From assembly GCA_964016885.1 (NCBI GenBank), contig OZ024755.1:26970001-27034000 (forward strand): a stretch of 64,000 bases of DNA, written 5' to 3'. Below are positions 27,119-41,199 of the stretch, one piece after another; position 1 is the stretch's first letter; each line of letters begins with the position of its first letter. The stretch is from Eledone cirrhosa. Lineage: Eukaryota. A program made the translations under genes and the position numbers. The notes beneath the pieces were generated by a model, which was not told the origin of the DNA, ran no database searches, and saw nothing but the letters and a program-made list of their open reading frames with translations.

Positions 27119-27459
27119 TATATATAAACATATATATATATATGATGTTCTGAGTTCAAATCTCATTAAACTTTATCTTTATATTCATCTAAAATGCATG
27201 TTATTCATTAAATATGTATACACAATTTTTTTTAAATTCTGCATACAGTTTAAATTGATGAGTACTGCCTTCATCAACTTTTAGAGGATTTGTTCACTTC
27301 CCTAGTTTGGTTGTATGAACATCTCTTCTATAGGTTTTTTGTAAGTGTATGCGCGACAAACAGTTCATAAAAGACATACCTCGATGATTATATATACATA
27401 AGCATTTTAATCACTGAAATAAACGAGACAGGTTACTACATCTGTTGCTCCTTGACTGC

Positions 27460-27570
27460 GTGCCAGATATTGTCATAAAGGGGATGCGTCGAAATGTATC
27501 GTTGACCGCATGGTGCATTATAGATGTGACGGGTCAACAAACACGTCTCCTTTATGACAATATCAGACAC
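27460..27570. mobile_element. Short palindromic MITE-like element
   Basis: GATATTGTCATAAAGGGGATGCGT ... ACACGTCTCCTTTATGACAATATC. Confidence 0.5.
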
Positions 27571-27789
27571 ACTGTTGACCAGAGATTACAACAGTTTTGA
27601 TACCTCTGGAGAGGATTGGTCCTTTTATTGGTGTCAAGCATTGATATTAGCAGGGAATCTCCATACTAAAATATGGTTCTGTTCTTGCTTATACATGAAG
27701 TCACCATACCAAACCAGGGGCAGTGGTAAACACTGTAACATGAAGTGTTGTTTTCTGTTTTACCACTTATTGACTTTTTCAAAGCTAGT

Positions 27790-27985
27790 GTTAGAGTGGA
27801 GACAGTGTTGGTATTGACATGTGATGCATGTGGATGTTAATTGCTGGGTGAGGAAATGCCAAGAAGCTGCAGTACATGAAGACTGAGGAAAATCTGGACT
27901 GAGGGGATCAGAGCTGATCTTAAAATGCTGAACCTCACAGAAAATATGGCGAAGAAATACATTGAGTGGAGGCAAATGTATGGCA
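27790..27985 (+). mobile_element. Old RTE LINE 3' remnant
   Basis: WY*HVMH..CWVRKC and RKIWTEGIRADLKMLNLTENMA..EWR. Confidence 0.55.
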
Positions 27986-28859
27986 ACCTACATTTTCAAT
28001 TCAATACCCCATCTTACGGTTGGATGGCTATGGAAGTACATTGATTTCAAAAGGAAACACAATCTACTTAGCTCTACATGATGTTCCAATGTAGATTTCT
28101 TCACATTACCCACTTCTATGATTCTCAGACATATTGATTTTTTAATCCTGACAAATCTCTGTTAGGTATATTGTTTGCACTTATTATTCTGATGGGATAT
28201 CTATTTGTTTACATAACTTACCAGTTCGGTATTTGTTGTAGCTATAATCACATCTATCATTTTCTGGTTCAGCTTTTCTAATTCTATTGGCTATTAATTA
28301 CTGATATTTCTCTTTACAATATAATACCTTATAAAGCATTGCTAACATTTTCATGTAAATAATATTAAACATTATAAGCACCAATTTGAGATGAAGATGA
28401 GCAACAAACTCAGTGATAGAGCTCACACCATGTGTCACCTGCTGTATGACTATTACCAATTACACAACAGTAAGCCTACCATTTCCTTTTCTCAAATTAT
28501 CTGTTACAAATTGTTTCTGTCAGTTGGCCTGTCTAAAATTGGTGTTAATAAGGTTTTAATGTCATTTATATTGTAATATATATTAGTAAACAATTCTGTG
28601 TTTATGGAATGTCATGTCCCATGTTTTTAAAGTACATATCCCTAGAGAGTTCTGACACTGTTTATATATATATATATCATAATATCATATATATATATAT
28701 ATATATCAATGTTACTCACATAACTATCATTCGAAGATTTGTGAGGGCATCTTGCAACCTTCTTTATCAGTAAAATCAAGTTATTTTGATACAAATAGTT
28801 TCTTTATTTTTGTGATGTTTTAGGAGTGAGTTTTGTAAATGATAAGGTGGTATCAGGTG

Positions 28860-29340
28860 ATCTGATTTAAAACTAGAATACCAAGTTTACTGACTTTTGA
28901 GGTCTTTTATTTTTAAAGTGAAGCATAAATTTTTATTTTCTAAGTTTTCTGTCTGGAACTTCTCTAAATTTCTTGTGGTTTCTGCTATGAGTGCTAGATC
29001 ATCAGCATACAGGAGTTCCCAACGACAACCAGTTTGAATTCCTCTGTTATTTATGGTCTGAGGACTATAATAAATAGGAAGAGCCTGAGGTACCATACCT
29101 GCATACTAAATTCATACAGAGCATCTAAAAAAAAAAAGCCTTTTCCAGATTGACAATTGTTATGTATAGGGGCCCTATTCTAGTTAAGTACTTCTGCAGT
29201 TGTCTCACTAGGAAGATGGCAGCGGTAGTGTTTCTCCTTGGCATGAAGCCAAACTGCATCTCACCAAGATTAATTCTGTCCCTGATCAGTCTTGCTATCA
29301 CTCTTTGAATAACCTTCATAACTTGATCCAGCAACTTGTG
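28860..29340 (-). mobile_element. RTE LINE RT fragment
   Basis: MQFGFMPRRNTTAAIFLVRQLQ..NLEKAF; WELLYADDLALIAE. Confidence 0.85.
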
Positions 29341-30559
29341 TCTGGTTAATATGTATGTATTTCCAATTCCATCTGGAATTTCTGTTATATAAGATATCCT
29401 GCATAGAATTATTAAAAAAGATTTATTAGATATTCTATCGTTTATGCAATGTCAGCTTCAGTAATATTTTGAATGCAAATGAGATGAGAAAGCAATAGAA
29501 TTGGTCAATATATGCAGGAATTTATCCGACATAGCTGAATGAAATAATTGCAGGTGTGTGGACATGTAATGTGATTGGTGAATGTATGCTGGATGCAAAT
29601 ATGCTAGGAGATAAAGGGTAATGGTGTAAATGTAGACAAAGATGTCTTGGGATAATGTGTTAAGTTCAGAACTTAAATGATGAAGCTTTAGTTATGAGAT
29701 GATGTAAGTTCAAGGTGGCAGGAAGGTTACTGTGTTGCAGACGTGTGCAACATACACTATCATAGACAATTGGGTATTAAAGGGGTGATATTAAATGATA
29801 ATAAACATAATCTTGCCTCTGAAAGTATAGTTAAAGAATTTGACCACAACTTGATCTTATGTCACCTACATGATTGCAATTGTTGATGTCATTTCTATTT
29901 TTCAATAATTATAACTTTATGTATGATTGACACTGAGTAGTGATAAAATAAACTTTTTTTTTTACTCTCTTCAGTTTTATTTGATAAATCGATGTTATAA
30001 AAGGTGTCCTTGTCTAAGTTGGTGAGATTTGGCTGCTATTTATTACAGATCGAGTAACAACATTGAGGATCACTCATTGGCTTGTACCTTCTGAGGGAGA
30101 TAAGTAGCAGTCAAGTACTGAATTTGATACAATTACCTATGTCTTTCAAGATAGTGTTCCTGCATGGCCACAGTTCAATTCAATAACTTAAACCACTAAA
30201 ACAATCAAAGAATATCTAACACCTTGAAAAGTAGTTGATATTAGGGAGGGCATCTAGCTGTAGAAACCATGCAACGATTGGAATGTTAATATTCAAGATA
30301 TGGGCTTCCAACCCATTGATGAGAGGAGAGTAACTCCAACTAAGTACTGATCTGGTCTGTGACGACTCATTCCATCTATGCTAGCATGGAAAACCAGATA
30401 TTAAATGATAAAATCTATTTTTTTCTTAGTAGAGCCATTTAACTTTTTGTCTTTTGATCAAACTGCTTATGGGTAAACATCACAGAAATTTTATCTTGAT
30501 TCTAGCAAGAATTTACATTTAGTATCCAAAACAACTAATCAAGTGAGGCCATTTTATTC

Positions 30560-30873
30560 TGATAATAATTGTTTCTACTTTTGGCACAAGGCCAGCAATT
30601 ACTCCAGTGTATTACTGGTACTTTATTTTTTATCGACCCCGTAAGGATGAAAGGCAAAGTTAACCTCGGCGAGATTTTATTCTGATAATAATTGTTTCTA
30701 CTTTTTGGCACAAGGCCAGCAATTACCCAGTGCATTACTGGTACTTTATTTTATCGACCCCGTAAGGATGAAAGGCAAAGTTAACCTCGGCGGGATTTGA
30801 ACTCAGAATGGCAAGGGCCGTAACTCTATGCGTCAAAGCATGGCGTCCGACCCTCTACCGATACTGCCAATCC
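30560..30873 (-). mobile_element. SINE family B with duplicated 3' half
   Basis: About 120 bp duplicated (30554-30672 vs 30673-30792). Confidence 0.85.
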
Positions 30874-31224
30874 TAATAATGTTAGCTTGTCTCTCTTTCT
30901 AAGGCAGGATGTTGAGGTAATTTTGTCTTGGAGCATATAACTAGCTATTGGATATTTCAGAATTATTTTTTTCAAATTGAAAATTAATTTTGATCGATTT
31001 TTTTTTTTTTTTTTGTAGCAACTAAGAATGAAGTAAATCTAAATGTTCAGAGTAGTTTTACTAAGACTATTTTGGAATTGGTAGGGAGATAGGGTGTGGG
31101 TGGAGGAGAGAGAGAAGCAGACATGAAGAGAGACTTAGATTGAAAATAAATCATTAAAAACAAATTAGATGGCATTTTATCTTGTAATGAGTTAGAATTT
31201 AATTAGAAATGTGAATATATGCAT

Positions 31225-31267
<43 letters not shown>

Positions 31268-31398
31268 AGAAGAAGGGGGGTATTGAAGTTAATACTAAAA
31301 CATTTCTAATTGTATAAGTTGTAAATTGTGTGTGTGTTATGGTGAGGATGGTCTCTGTGTGTTTATGTGCATGTGTATCTATATATATACCACACATA

Positions 31399-31720
31399 GG
31401 AGGCACATGGCTTAGTGGTTAGAGCATTGGTCTTGCAATCGAAAGGTTGTGAGTTCAAATCTCAGACCAGGTGATGTGTTGTTTCCTTGAGCAAGACACT
31501 TTATTTCACATTGCTCCAGTTTACTCAGCTGTAGAAATGAGATGATAGGAACTGCAAAGTGGTCGTGGAGGTGCCACGGAAAAAAAGCACCCAGCACTCA
31601 CTGTAAATGAGGTTGGTGTTAGGAAGGGCATCCAGCTGTAGAAATGAAGCCAGAATCAGTTCCCGTCCCACCCTTGCAAGCAGGGAAAAAGCGGACGTAA
31701 AATGAAATGATGATGATGAT
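31399..31720 (+). mobile_element. SINE family A
   Basis: Consensus match with a small internal deletion. Confidence 0.9.
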
Positions 31721-32009
31721 GACATAGCTTTATGATAGATATTTTGTTGGTTATGAGATCTGTGATACATTCAACATTGAGCCATAACAGAAATAGGCTC
31801 AACATCACACTACAATAAATAATTTTACACTGTATTGAGTGCTTTCCCTCCATGTGTGTATATGTAATCATATCTCTGTTTGTTAGTTTTTAATCTTGAA
31901 CCATATGCTCACACACATATACATAAATGCATTATATACATAGGAGTAACGATGTGTAGGAGACATCAAAAAGTGAACTTAAACTGAGGATGATGATATA
32001 TATATATAT

Positions 32010-32490
32010 AATGTGGAGAATAACATGGTCAATAGCACAAAAAGGGGGATTTATTTGCAGTCTAACAATTGTTTCATTGATAGAGTTGTCTAAAAATTGC
32101 TGAACACTAAAAACAGTGCCATTCAATTTTAAATACGATATTAACTCTACTAGAACATTGGAAACTGTTTCCGATGATCTAGTAGAGTTAATATCATATT
32201 TAAAATTGAATGGCACTGTTTTTAGTGTTCAGCAATTTTTAGACAACTCTATCAGTGAAACAATTGTTAGACTGCAAATAAATCCCCTTTTTTGTACTGT
32301 TGACCATGTTATTCTCCACTTTTTCAATTTTATTACTCCAAGATAAACTTACATAGGAATACAAGTGAAATCATAAACTCGTCATCTACGTAAACCTCTT
32401 GTTGAGTCAAGCAACGCTGTACGCTAAAACTATCCATAGTAGTAAGTATTCACAACCTCTAATTTGATTACCTATAATGATATTTTGTTA
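32010..32490. mobile_element. Fold-back element with long-stem-II hammerhead-like motif (32167-32272)
   Basis: About 155-bp arms centred on GAAAC-T-GTTTC. Right arm reads GTTT-CCGATGA-..TAGAGTT..AACTCTA..-GAAA-CAATTG-TT-AGAC. Confidence 0.7.
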
Positions 32491-32499
32491 TCCTTTATA

Positions 32500-32882
32500 T
32501 CATCATCATCATTCATCATTTCATTTTACGTCCGCTTTTTCCCTGCTTGCAAGGGTGGGATGGGAACTGATTTTGGCTTGATTTCTACAGCTGGATGCCC
32601 TTCCTAACACCAACCTCATTTACAGTGAGCGGTGGGTGCTTTTTGCCATGGCACCTCCACAACCACTTTGCAGTGGAATGATAGGGATACCTGCCCCTAT
32701 CATCTCATTTCTACAGCTGAGTAAACTGGAGCAATGTGAAATAAAATGTCTTGCTCAAGGAAACAACACATCACCCGGTCTGAGAATTGAACTCACAACC
32801 TTTCGATTGCAAGGCCAATGCTCTAACCACTAAGTCAAGCCCAATGCTCTAACCACTAAACCAGCCCAATGCTCTAACCACT
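32500..32882 (-). mobile_element. SINE family A with triplicated head segment
   Basis: CCAATGCTCTAACCACTA occurs three times at 32815-32883. Confidence 0.85.
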
Positions 32883-32979
32883 ATATATACACACACACAC
32901 ATATATATACATAAATATGTATGTATACATATATATGTGAATATATATACAAAATCCGAGGCCATTATTCATTTACCTT

Positions 32980-33034
<55 letters not shown>

Positions 33035-33399
33035 CACACACATATATTTATACATATATATTTAAATATATGTATACATATATATGTGAATGATAACCAA
33101 AGCACCAGTCCACAACCTATTTATGCAAGGAATATTTTCAAACTCTGGTTTATATTATAGTGTGTGTTTTGAAACAGCAAATGAAAATGTTAAAATGACT
33201 CACTGGTGTTGGACTAACTCTCTCTTTGCTATAACACTTGTGATAACATTTAGTAACTTTGCTATTGAGAACAGTTTCTAGTGATTTGACCACTGAAATA
33301 TTTCAGCCTAATATTGGGGACAATAAACATCTTAGTTAATGACTCTTGAAAATACTTATGAAAGATCATCAAAATTTTAGCTGCATTCCATTGTATTGG

Positions 33400-33745
33400 A
33401 GTAGCTGTAGTAGTAGTTGTAGTGGTGGTGGTAGTAGTTTTTGTAGTAGTGGTGGTAGTAGTAGTAGTGGTAGTAGTATTAGTATTATTAGTAATAGTAG
33501 TAGTAGCAGTAGTAGTAGCATCAGCAGTAGTAGTAGTAGTAGCAGTAGTAGTAGCAGTATTAGTAGTGGTAATAGCAGAAGCAGTATTAGTAGCAGCAGC
33601 TGTAGTAGTAGCAGTAGTATTAGTAGCAGTATTAGTTGTATCAGCAGTAGTAGTAGTAGTAGTAGTAGCAGTATTAGCAGTGGTAGTAGCAGCAGCAGCC
33701 GTAGTAGTGGTAATAGCAGCAGCAGCAGTAGTAATAGTAGTAGTT
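33400..33745. repeat. (AGT/AGC)n trinucleotide tract
   Basis: Directly visible. Confidence 0.95.
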
Positions 33746-34084
33746 TTGATTGAGCAGACATCTGATCAAAAGTGAAGGAGATTTTGCTGCTGCTATTCCT
33801 TGCAGGTCAAGGAAAAAAACAAAGTGAATTGTTTGAAGCATCGCATGAAATATTTTCTCAAGTGTTTAAATGACTTCCAGCAGAACAAATATGAATCTGT
33901 TCTTTACTAACGTGGGAAAGTAAATGGTGGTGGTGGGTGAGATCTTTATCTTAAAAGGATAACTGCTTATCTGAAGTAACAGAAAAATTATATGGATCTG
34001 TTTGACAATAGGATGGAAGTAAGATTTATTTTTAGTCTTAAAATTTATACATGTAAGATGCCTTACATTCATTCACATTCAGTG

Positions 34085-34385
34085 AATATTGATGTCATCA
34101 GACGGTGTCCAACATTTATTGAGTATTTCGACCCTCTTGCTGATGGGTCAGCAGTGGTAAATTACTGCTCATTTTCACCTCCTGGCTTCCAGTTTATCCC
34201 TTCCCTCCTACTCCAAAGCCAGCAAGAAGCCCTTTTGGATGCCACCACCCACCCATTCTGCGAACTGCAGTCTTCTTCTCTTTTCCTGTCATTCCAATGG
34301 CAGTGACCATTATCTATACGGAGTGAGCCAGGGAATCTCCTGCAGCCCACCTCAACTGGAAATAGCATTAGGTTCTTCAGACAAG
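34085..34385 (-). mobile_element. HERO-like (restriction-like endonuclease) non-LTR retrotransposon 3' fragment
   Basis: LFPVEVGCRRFPG-SL ... KRASCWLWSRRE..W motifs, recalled as typical of HERO C-termini. Confidence 0.65.
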
Positions 34386-34476
34386 ACGAAATGTCCAGTG
34401 CCAGAATGACAGTACAAACGTTTTGTGTGTGTGTGTATGTATGTATGTATGTATGTATGTATGTATGTATGTATAT

Positions 34477-34760
34477 CATCATCATCATCATCAGCATCAC
34501 TGTTTTACGTCCGTTCTTCCACGCTAGCATCAGTTAGATGGGTTGTCCTGCTGTGGGCAGTGTCCAGTCGGCTGACCTTGTCTTGCTCATACTGGAACTG
34601 ATTCTGGCTTGATTTCTACAGCTGGATGCCCTTCCTAACACCAACCTCATTTACAGTGAGTGCTGGGTGCTTTTTTTTTCCGTGGCGCCTACACGTCCAC
34701 TTTAGTGTGGGCTGGGGTGCTCTTTTGCCATGGCACCTCCACAACCACTTTGCAGTGTGT
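34477..34760 (-). mobile_element. SINE A-related partial copy
   Basis: Tail and body match; head missing. Confidence 0.75.
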
Positions 34761-34819
34761 GTGTGTGGGGGGGGGGGCATATTGTCTATATGCTTCATAT
34801 ATATATATATATATATTAT

Positions 34820-34917
34820 AGGGGTCCTGACTTTTTCCTATTACCAACTCTACTACTCTAAGTATTGAATACTCTGGTGCATTATGGTCCACTTGGTTCC
34901 TTACTACACTTTCTTTG

Positions 34918-34968
<51 letters not shown>

Positions 34969-35283
34969 AAAGAGTTGGAACCCCCAACGGCTGAGCTCAT
35001 GCCTTTTTCAACAGCTAGTTTCAATCTGGAACTAGCTGTTGAAACAGTAAGAGCTCAGCCATCAGGGTGCCGACTCTTTCATATAACCACACTCTACTAC
35101 CCCAAATATCGAGTACTCTGGTGAGTAATGCTCTAAACAGGTTTTTACTGCATCCATATTGATTTATATATATATATATATAAACAAAGAAGGTGTGATA
35201 AGATACCTGTTTGACCATAATGCTCCCGAGGACTCAATGCTTAGAGTAGTAGAGTGGGTAATAGGAAAAGAGTCAGGGCCCCT
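34820..35283. mobile_element. Cluster of three GAGTACTCTGGTG-family fragments in (TA)n, one a fold-back
   Basis: 34820-34918 (+), 34966-35160 (hairpin) and 35181-35283 (-). Confidence 0.6.
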
Positions 35284-35296
35284 ATATATATATATA

Positions 35297-35635
35297 TCAT
35301 CATCATCATCATTTTACGTCCACTTTTCCCTGCTTGCAAGGGTGGGACGGGAACTGATTCTGGCTTGATTTCTACAGCTGGATGCCCTTCCTCACACCAA
35401 CCTCATTTACAGTGAGTTCTGGGTGCTTTTTTGCCGTGGCACCTCCACGACCACTTTGCAGTGGAATGATAGGGACCCCAGTCCCTATCATCTCATTTCT
35501 ACAGCTGAGTAAACTGGAGCAATGTGAAATAAAGTGCCTTGCTCAAGGAAACAACAGATCACCCAGTCTGAGAATTGAACTCACAACCTTTCAATTGCAA
35601 GGTCAATGCTCTAACCACTAAGCCATGTGCCTCCA
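35297..35635 (-). mobile_element. SINE family A, followed by a long (TA)n tract
   Basis: Consensus match. Confidence 0.9.
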
Positions 35636-35730
<95 letters not shown>

Positions 35731-35834
35731 TATATATATAATATATATATATAATATATATATATATATCATATATATATATAATATATATATAATATAT
35801 ATATATATATAATATATATATATATATAATATAT

Positions 35835-35881
<47 letters not shown>

Positions 35882-36274
35882 AGAGAGAATTAGTGATTTC
35901 ATGGGAAAGGTACAATGAGAAGCCTCAGAAAACAGACGTACTGTAAAATTTGTTTTAGCACTTAACTTTTAGCACTCCTACAGATTATTTCTCAATGTCT
36001 CTTCAACTCATTATCTTTCCCCTTCCTTCACTCTATCTTCACTTTCACTGTTGACCTCCTATAAACATCTGGTTCACCTACTTATCTTCCACCCTACCCT
36101 TTTCTTCTGTCGTATCATTTTCTCTTTGACGCATTTTTAAAACCCATTCAGCATTACCAAAAATATTTTTCTTCCCTAAGAAGAGAGCTCTGATCCAAAA
36201 GTTAGAATTTACATCACTCAACAACACATGAGTTAGACAACACACATTTATATACTGTACAATTGACAAGACAT

Positions 36275-36452
36275 TGCCAGTATCGGTAGAGGGTTGGACG
36301 CCATGCTTTCCAGCATAGTTACGTCCCTTTACGATCTGAGTTCAAATCCCGCCGAGGTTGACTTTGCCTTTCATCCTTACGGGGTCGATAAAATAAAGTA
36401 CCAGTAATGCACTGGGATAATTGCTGGCCTTGTGCCTAAAGTAGAAACAATT
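36275..36452 (+). mobile_element. SINE family B
   Basis: Consensus match; another copy at 36822-37001. Confidence 0.85.
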
Positions 36453-37019
36453 ATTACTATCATTTTACAGCCTCTTTTCCATGCTGGCATAGTATCTTAT
36501 TTATTTGCAATACTAGCTAGTGTGGAAAATGGATGTAAAATGGTGATGAAGAGGATGATACATACATTAAAATAGATGCTGATGTTACATAAATGGTATA
36601 TATATATATTATATAATAAGTTGATTGGACTAGCATAAGTTTCCCTGCTAGTACCGGTTGCATGTTATATATAACTATAGGTACCCGTTTACGTGTGTTG
36701 TATTGAAGCGAATAACTATGTGTATACTCTGGGAGTGTATTTTACATTACCTATTGAGTACGCTGAGATACAACCGGTCCTAGCATTGATAACTATGCTG
36801 GGTCCATCAACTTATTATTATTGGCAGTATCGGTAGAGGGTCGGACGCCATGTTTTGCAGCAAAGAGTTACAACCCTTTATGATCTGAGTTCAAAACCCG
36901 CCGAGATTAACTTTGCCTTTCATCCTTACGGGGTCGATAAAATAAAGTACCAGTAATACACTGGGATAATTGCTGGCCTTGTGCCAAACGTAGAAACAAT
37001 TATATATATATTTATATAT

Positions 37020-37533
<514 letters not shown>

Positions 37534-38149
37534 AAAAAAAAAAAATGTATTCGTGAGTGAATATTAATATTCGGTTTGTTTGCAAACAAACTGCCTCATA
37601 ACACCATGTGTGTTTTCTAGAAGACGACGTTATCCTTTTGTTCCTGCGGGGGCAAAGAAAAAGCAGTCAACAATTGTTTCAGAGTTATTTCCCTTCATTG
37701 AGACTGTGTATCCATGTCACTGCTACCTGTTGGAACTTCTGAGAATACATAGTATTCTCAAATGTATAACATTGGCTGATTAACTTAATTTGCATACTGA
37801 GCGATTTTACTGCTGGCTTTGCCAAAAATTAAAAATTAAATTTGTTTTCGCTCTAACACGATGGATACCTAAATGTATTCTCTCTGATTGACCATTACCT
37901 TATTAGGTTTTGATTAGAAGTACCATGTTTTAAGGCAGGCAATCATGTATACACAGATGACAGTTCTATTCCAAACCTCTTTGAGTGGCTTCTTCTTTTC
38001 ATGTTCAAAATGAACAATCCACTTATATCATAGAGTTTTGAAGTGCAATTGACATGTATCTCATATTCTCATACACAAGATTGTTAGAAGATCCTGTTGG
38101 AACATAATCCTTAGTGTTATTGTGTTATATATCCAGACGCTAACTCCAC

Positions 38150-38430
38150 CAGTTGCAGACTGCGCATCACCATGAGATATTTTTCTCCTCAAAGTTCGAT
38201 CACCAACAGCAGAGTTTAAAGAGCTAAGGTCAAGTCCAGTCCATAAGTTGACATTATCAAGCCATCATTTTGGCTGCCAACCTCTGCTTCTCTTACCAGC
38301 TAACCTTCCTTCTAGGCATAACTTACTCACACCAGGAGTTGATCTTTTGATATGACCATACAGTTTAAGCACTCTTGACCTGACAACTGATGTGATTGTC
38401 TAAATCTGGTGATGTTGAGTAGCTCACCAA
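38150..38430 (-). mobile_element. Old RTE-type LINE 3' remnant
   Basis: LKLYGHIKRS..CLEGRLAGKRSRGWQPK*WLDNV..WTG. Confidence 0.6.
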
Positions 38431-39175
38431 TTGGTAAAACAGCAACAATTGTGTCTATTCTACAAACTGTATTTCTATCCGATCATTTTCAATGCACAAC
38501 TGAATGAAGCCTCAACAAGGGTTTATTTTAAAGAAATTTAAGAACTGCACAAATCTTTGAAGTAGATGCCTTGATACAGTCATTAATATTCTCTGAATCT
38601 GAGAAGCATTTGTAATGGCTATTTTTAACATTTAATGCGTGTTTTGTGTCTTTTTACCATAATTTACTATGCAAGCACATCAAATATTTGACACAGAATG
38701 TAAACTTACTTCCCAAAATTAGATTTAGAATTGCACAAGCAGAAGTCAGCTGCACATTGATATAATCACTAAGTAATTCTGCTAGTTCTATGCCTACTTC
38801 TCCAAGTGTGCGTCGGACAGTGTGCTCCCATTTGCTCTCAGCATACTGAGTGCTGGAACAGATGCCACATGGCATCTTGTATGCATTAAACAATGTTGGA
38901 CTGTTAGCTATAACTATTTTGTTTCTCTATTTACAAATATTTTAAATCATAACAAATAAAATGCTTTGAAAGATTAAACAATTTTTGGACACTAATGTTG
39001 TTAGTTATAGAGCTTTTGAATTTGGATATTTATAGTTGTTGTTTTGACCCATTATTCCTGACTAAGCAGATCTCTGATCTAGTGCATTCCAGTTTTGATC
39101 ACCCCTTAGGTATTAAATATAAAGGACTGTATTAGCTTTTGTGTCCCTCCATTTTCTAGATTGTAGGATATAATC

Positions 39176-39390
39176 TAACCCTTGAGCATTTACATTACTC
39201 TATATTTACTATTGTATTTTCACGGTAAAGGCTTTACCTCACATAATATCGAATCTATGAGATTTTGATATTATTTATTTTGAGAACAATACCTTAGCAT
39301 CAGTATGAGTAGCAAGTTATGGTCGGTTTGAACAGAAAGAGGTGAGAGAATTCTGGCTGGATACCGCCGGTTTAAATGCTAAAGGGTTAA
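39176..39390. mobile_element. piggyBac-type MITE
   Basis: Family TIRs and interior. Confidence 0.85.
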
Positions 39391-39529
39391 AGGAGGTTTA
39401 GTTGCTCTGAAGTGTTAAACATATTCTATTTCTTCATTGCAGCATAAAACTAAAAGCTATATAAATGAACTTCTGTTTGTTAATTTCATCATTTGTTTTG
39501 TTCCTGTTAAATTTTCACTGGATTTACCT

Positions 39530-39720
39530 TACAGTAAATGGGGATATTTAAAGGATAGGGTCGTTGTGTGTGACTGCAACATCGAACCACAGACTATGCA
39601 GCACCTCCTGATATGTCCCCTGCACAGCATTGGACTTGGCAGAGTTTAATGAGAAAGGACAGCAATGTGTTCAGCTGTGACGGAACCACATCTAGCCAAG
39701 CTTTGTATCTGACACTCTTG
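39530..39720 (+). mobile_element. Vingi/Ingi (I-group) LINE 3' remnant
   Basis: KWGY..CDCNIEPQTMQHLLICP zinc-knuckle motif. Confidence 0.55.
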
Positions 39721-39965
39721 TGTCTAACTTCAATTCAAGGACATTCTGGGGGAGTTTTTTTTTTTTACAGCTTTTGTTTGTCAAGTGCCCAGGAATATGA
39801 CAAGAGAATTTGAAAGATATATTTTTAATGGTATGTCAGAGTTATTAACAAGAATATTATCAAGAGTAGAGGGTGAGTGGCATTGTGTAACAAAATGGTA
39901 TTGTGGTATTTAGTTATGTCCCTTTATGTTTCTATGTTACAAATCTTTATTATTATGATCATCAT

Positions 39966-40390
39966 AAGGATGGTGGTTTGGCAGTGTTGGTAGAGCATCA
40001 GACAATTTGTTTCATGGCATAGTTACGTCTCATTACGTTCTGAGGTCAAATTCCACCAATGTTAGTTTTGCCTATCATCATTACGGGGGTCGATAAAATA
40101 AAATACCAGTAATGCACTGGAGTTGATTTAATTGACTTTCTCCTAGCCCCAAATTGTTGGCCTTGTGCCTAAATCAGAAACCGTTATTATGATCATCAGG
40201 GTGGTGGATTGGCAGTATTGGTAGAGGGTCGGACGCCATGCTTTCCAGCATAGTTACGTCCCTTTACGATCTGAGTTCAAATCCCGCCGAGGTTGACTTT
40301 GCCTTTCATCCTTACGGAGTCGATAAAATAAAGTACCAGTAATGCACTGGGTAATTGCTGGCCTTGTGCCTAAAGTAGAAACCATTATTA
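39966..40390 (+). mobile_element. Two tandem SINE B copies
   Basis: 39966-40190 (diverged) and 40198-40390 (close to consensus). Confidence 0.85.
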
Positions 40391-41199
40391 TGATCATTAT
40401 TTTACGTCCGCTTTTCCCCGCTTCCAGGGAGAGGGGGGGGGGAACTGATTCTAGAAATCAAGCCAGAATCGGTTCCCGTCCCACCCTTGCAAGCAGGGAA
40501 AAGCGGACGTAAAATGATGATGATGATGATAATCATTTATAGTTTGCTCTTGACCTACATACATGATGGCTGTAACTCGATTCCAAGTAATGCAATCGCT
40601 TGATACTTAAGCATGAGCATCACAGACATGGCTTTGTCAGTCCATCTAGGGACTTGCCTATGGCCAGCAATACCATGAATTGCAAAAAATGCCACATATC
40701 AACCGATGCCTGTGCTTGAAGCTTTTATAAGTGAGGAAAGGTTTGCACGGAGCCAATCCTACTTTCTGAACATCAAATGTATTTACACAAAAAGAACAAC
40801 ACACACACACTATATGGTACAGGCATTGCTGTGTGGTTAAGAGGTTCATTTCACAACTAATTGTTGCCTGGGTTCGATTCCACTATATGGTGCTCCTGCA
40901 AGGCACAGTTCAATTACTGAAATCAGTAAAAGAGAATACGTGTGTGCGTATGTATACAGAACATATCAAAAGAATAATGTAAATAAACTTTTTCATAAAT
41001 CTTGCAATTAAAATCTTGACTTCTTTGATTGATAAAATAAAATACCAGTCCGATACTAGGGACAATATAATCAACTATACCCTCCCCCTAAATTGCTGGC
41101 CTTGTGCCAATGTAAAGAATTATTTCCAAAACACTGTGGTGCCCTCAATTAAACAGCCTGCAAATTGAACTTTGATGGTAGGCTTAACCCCACAAGCCC

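Noticed and set aside
31932-32346. Mirror ORFs MPFNFKYDINSTR on both strands
   Set aside because: A consequence of the DNA palindrome; no coding evidence.
33346-33775. Poly-Ser/Leu/Val ORFs
   Set aside because: (AGT)n microsatellite.
36610-36815. Hammerhead in an inverted-repeat element
   Set aside because: Only a CAACCGGT(A/C)CTAGC remnant and no CUGANGA core. Counted as a fold-back element but not as a ribozyme.
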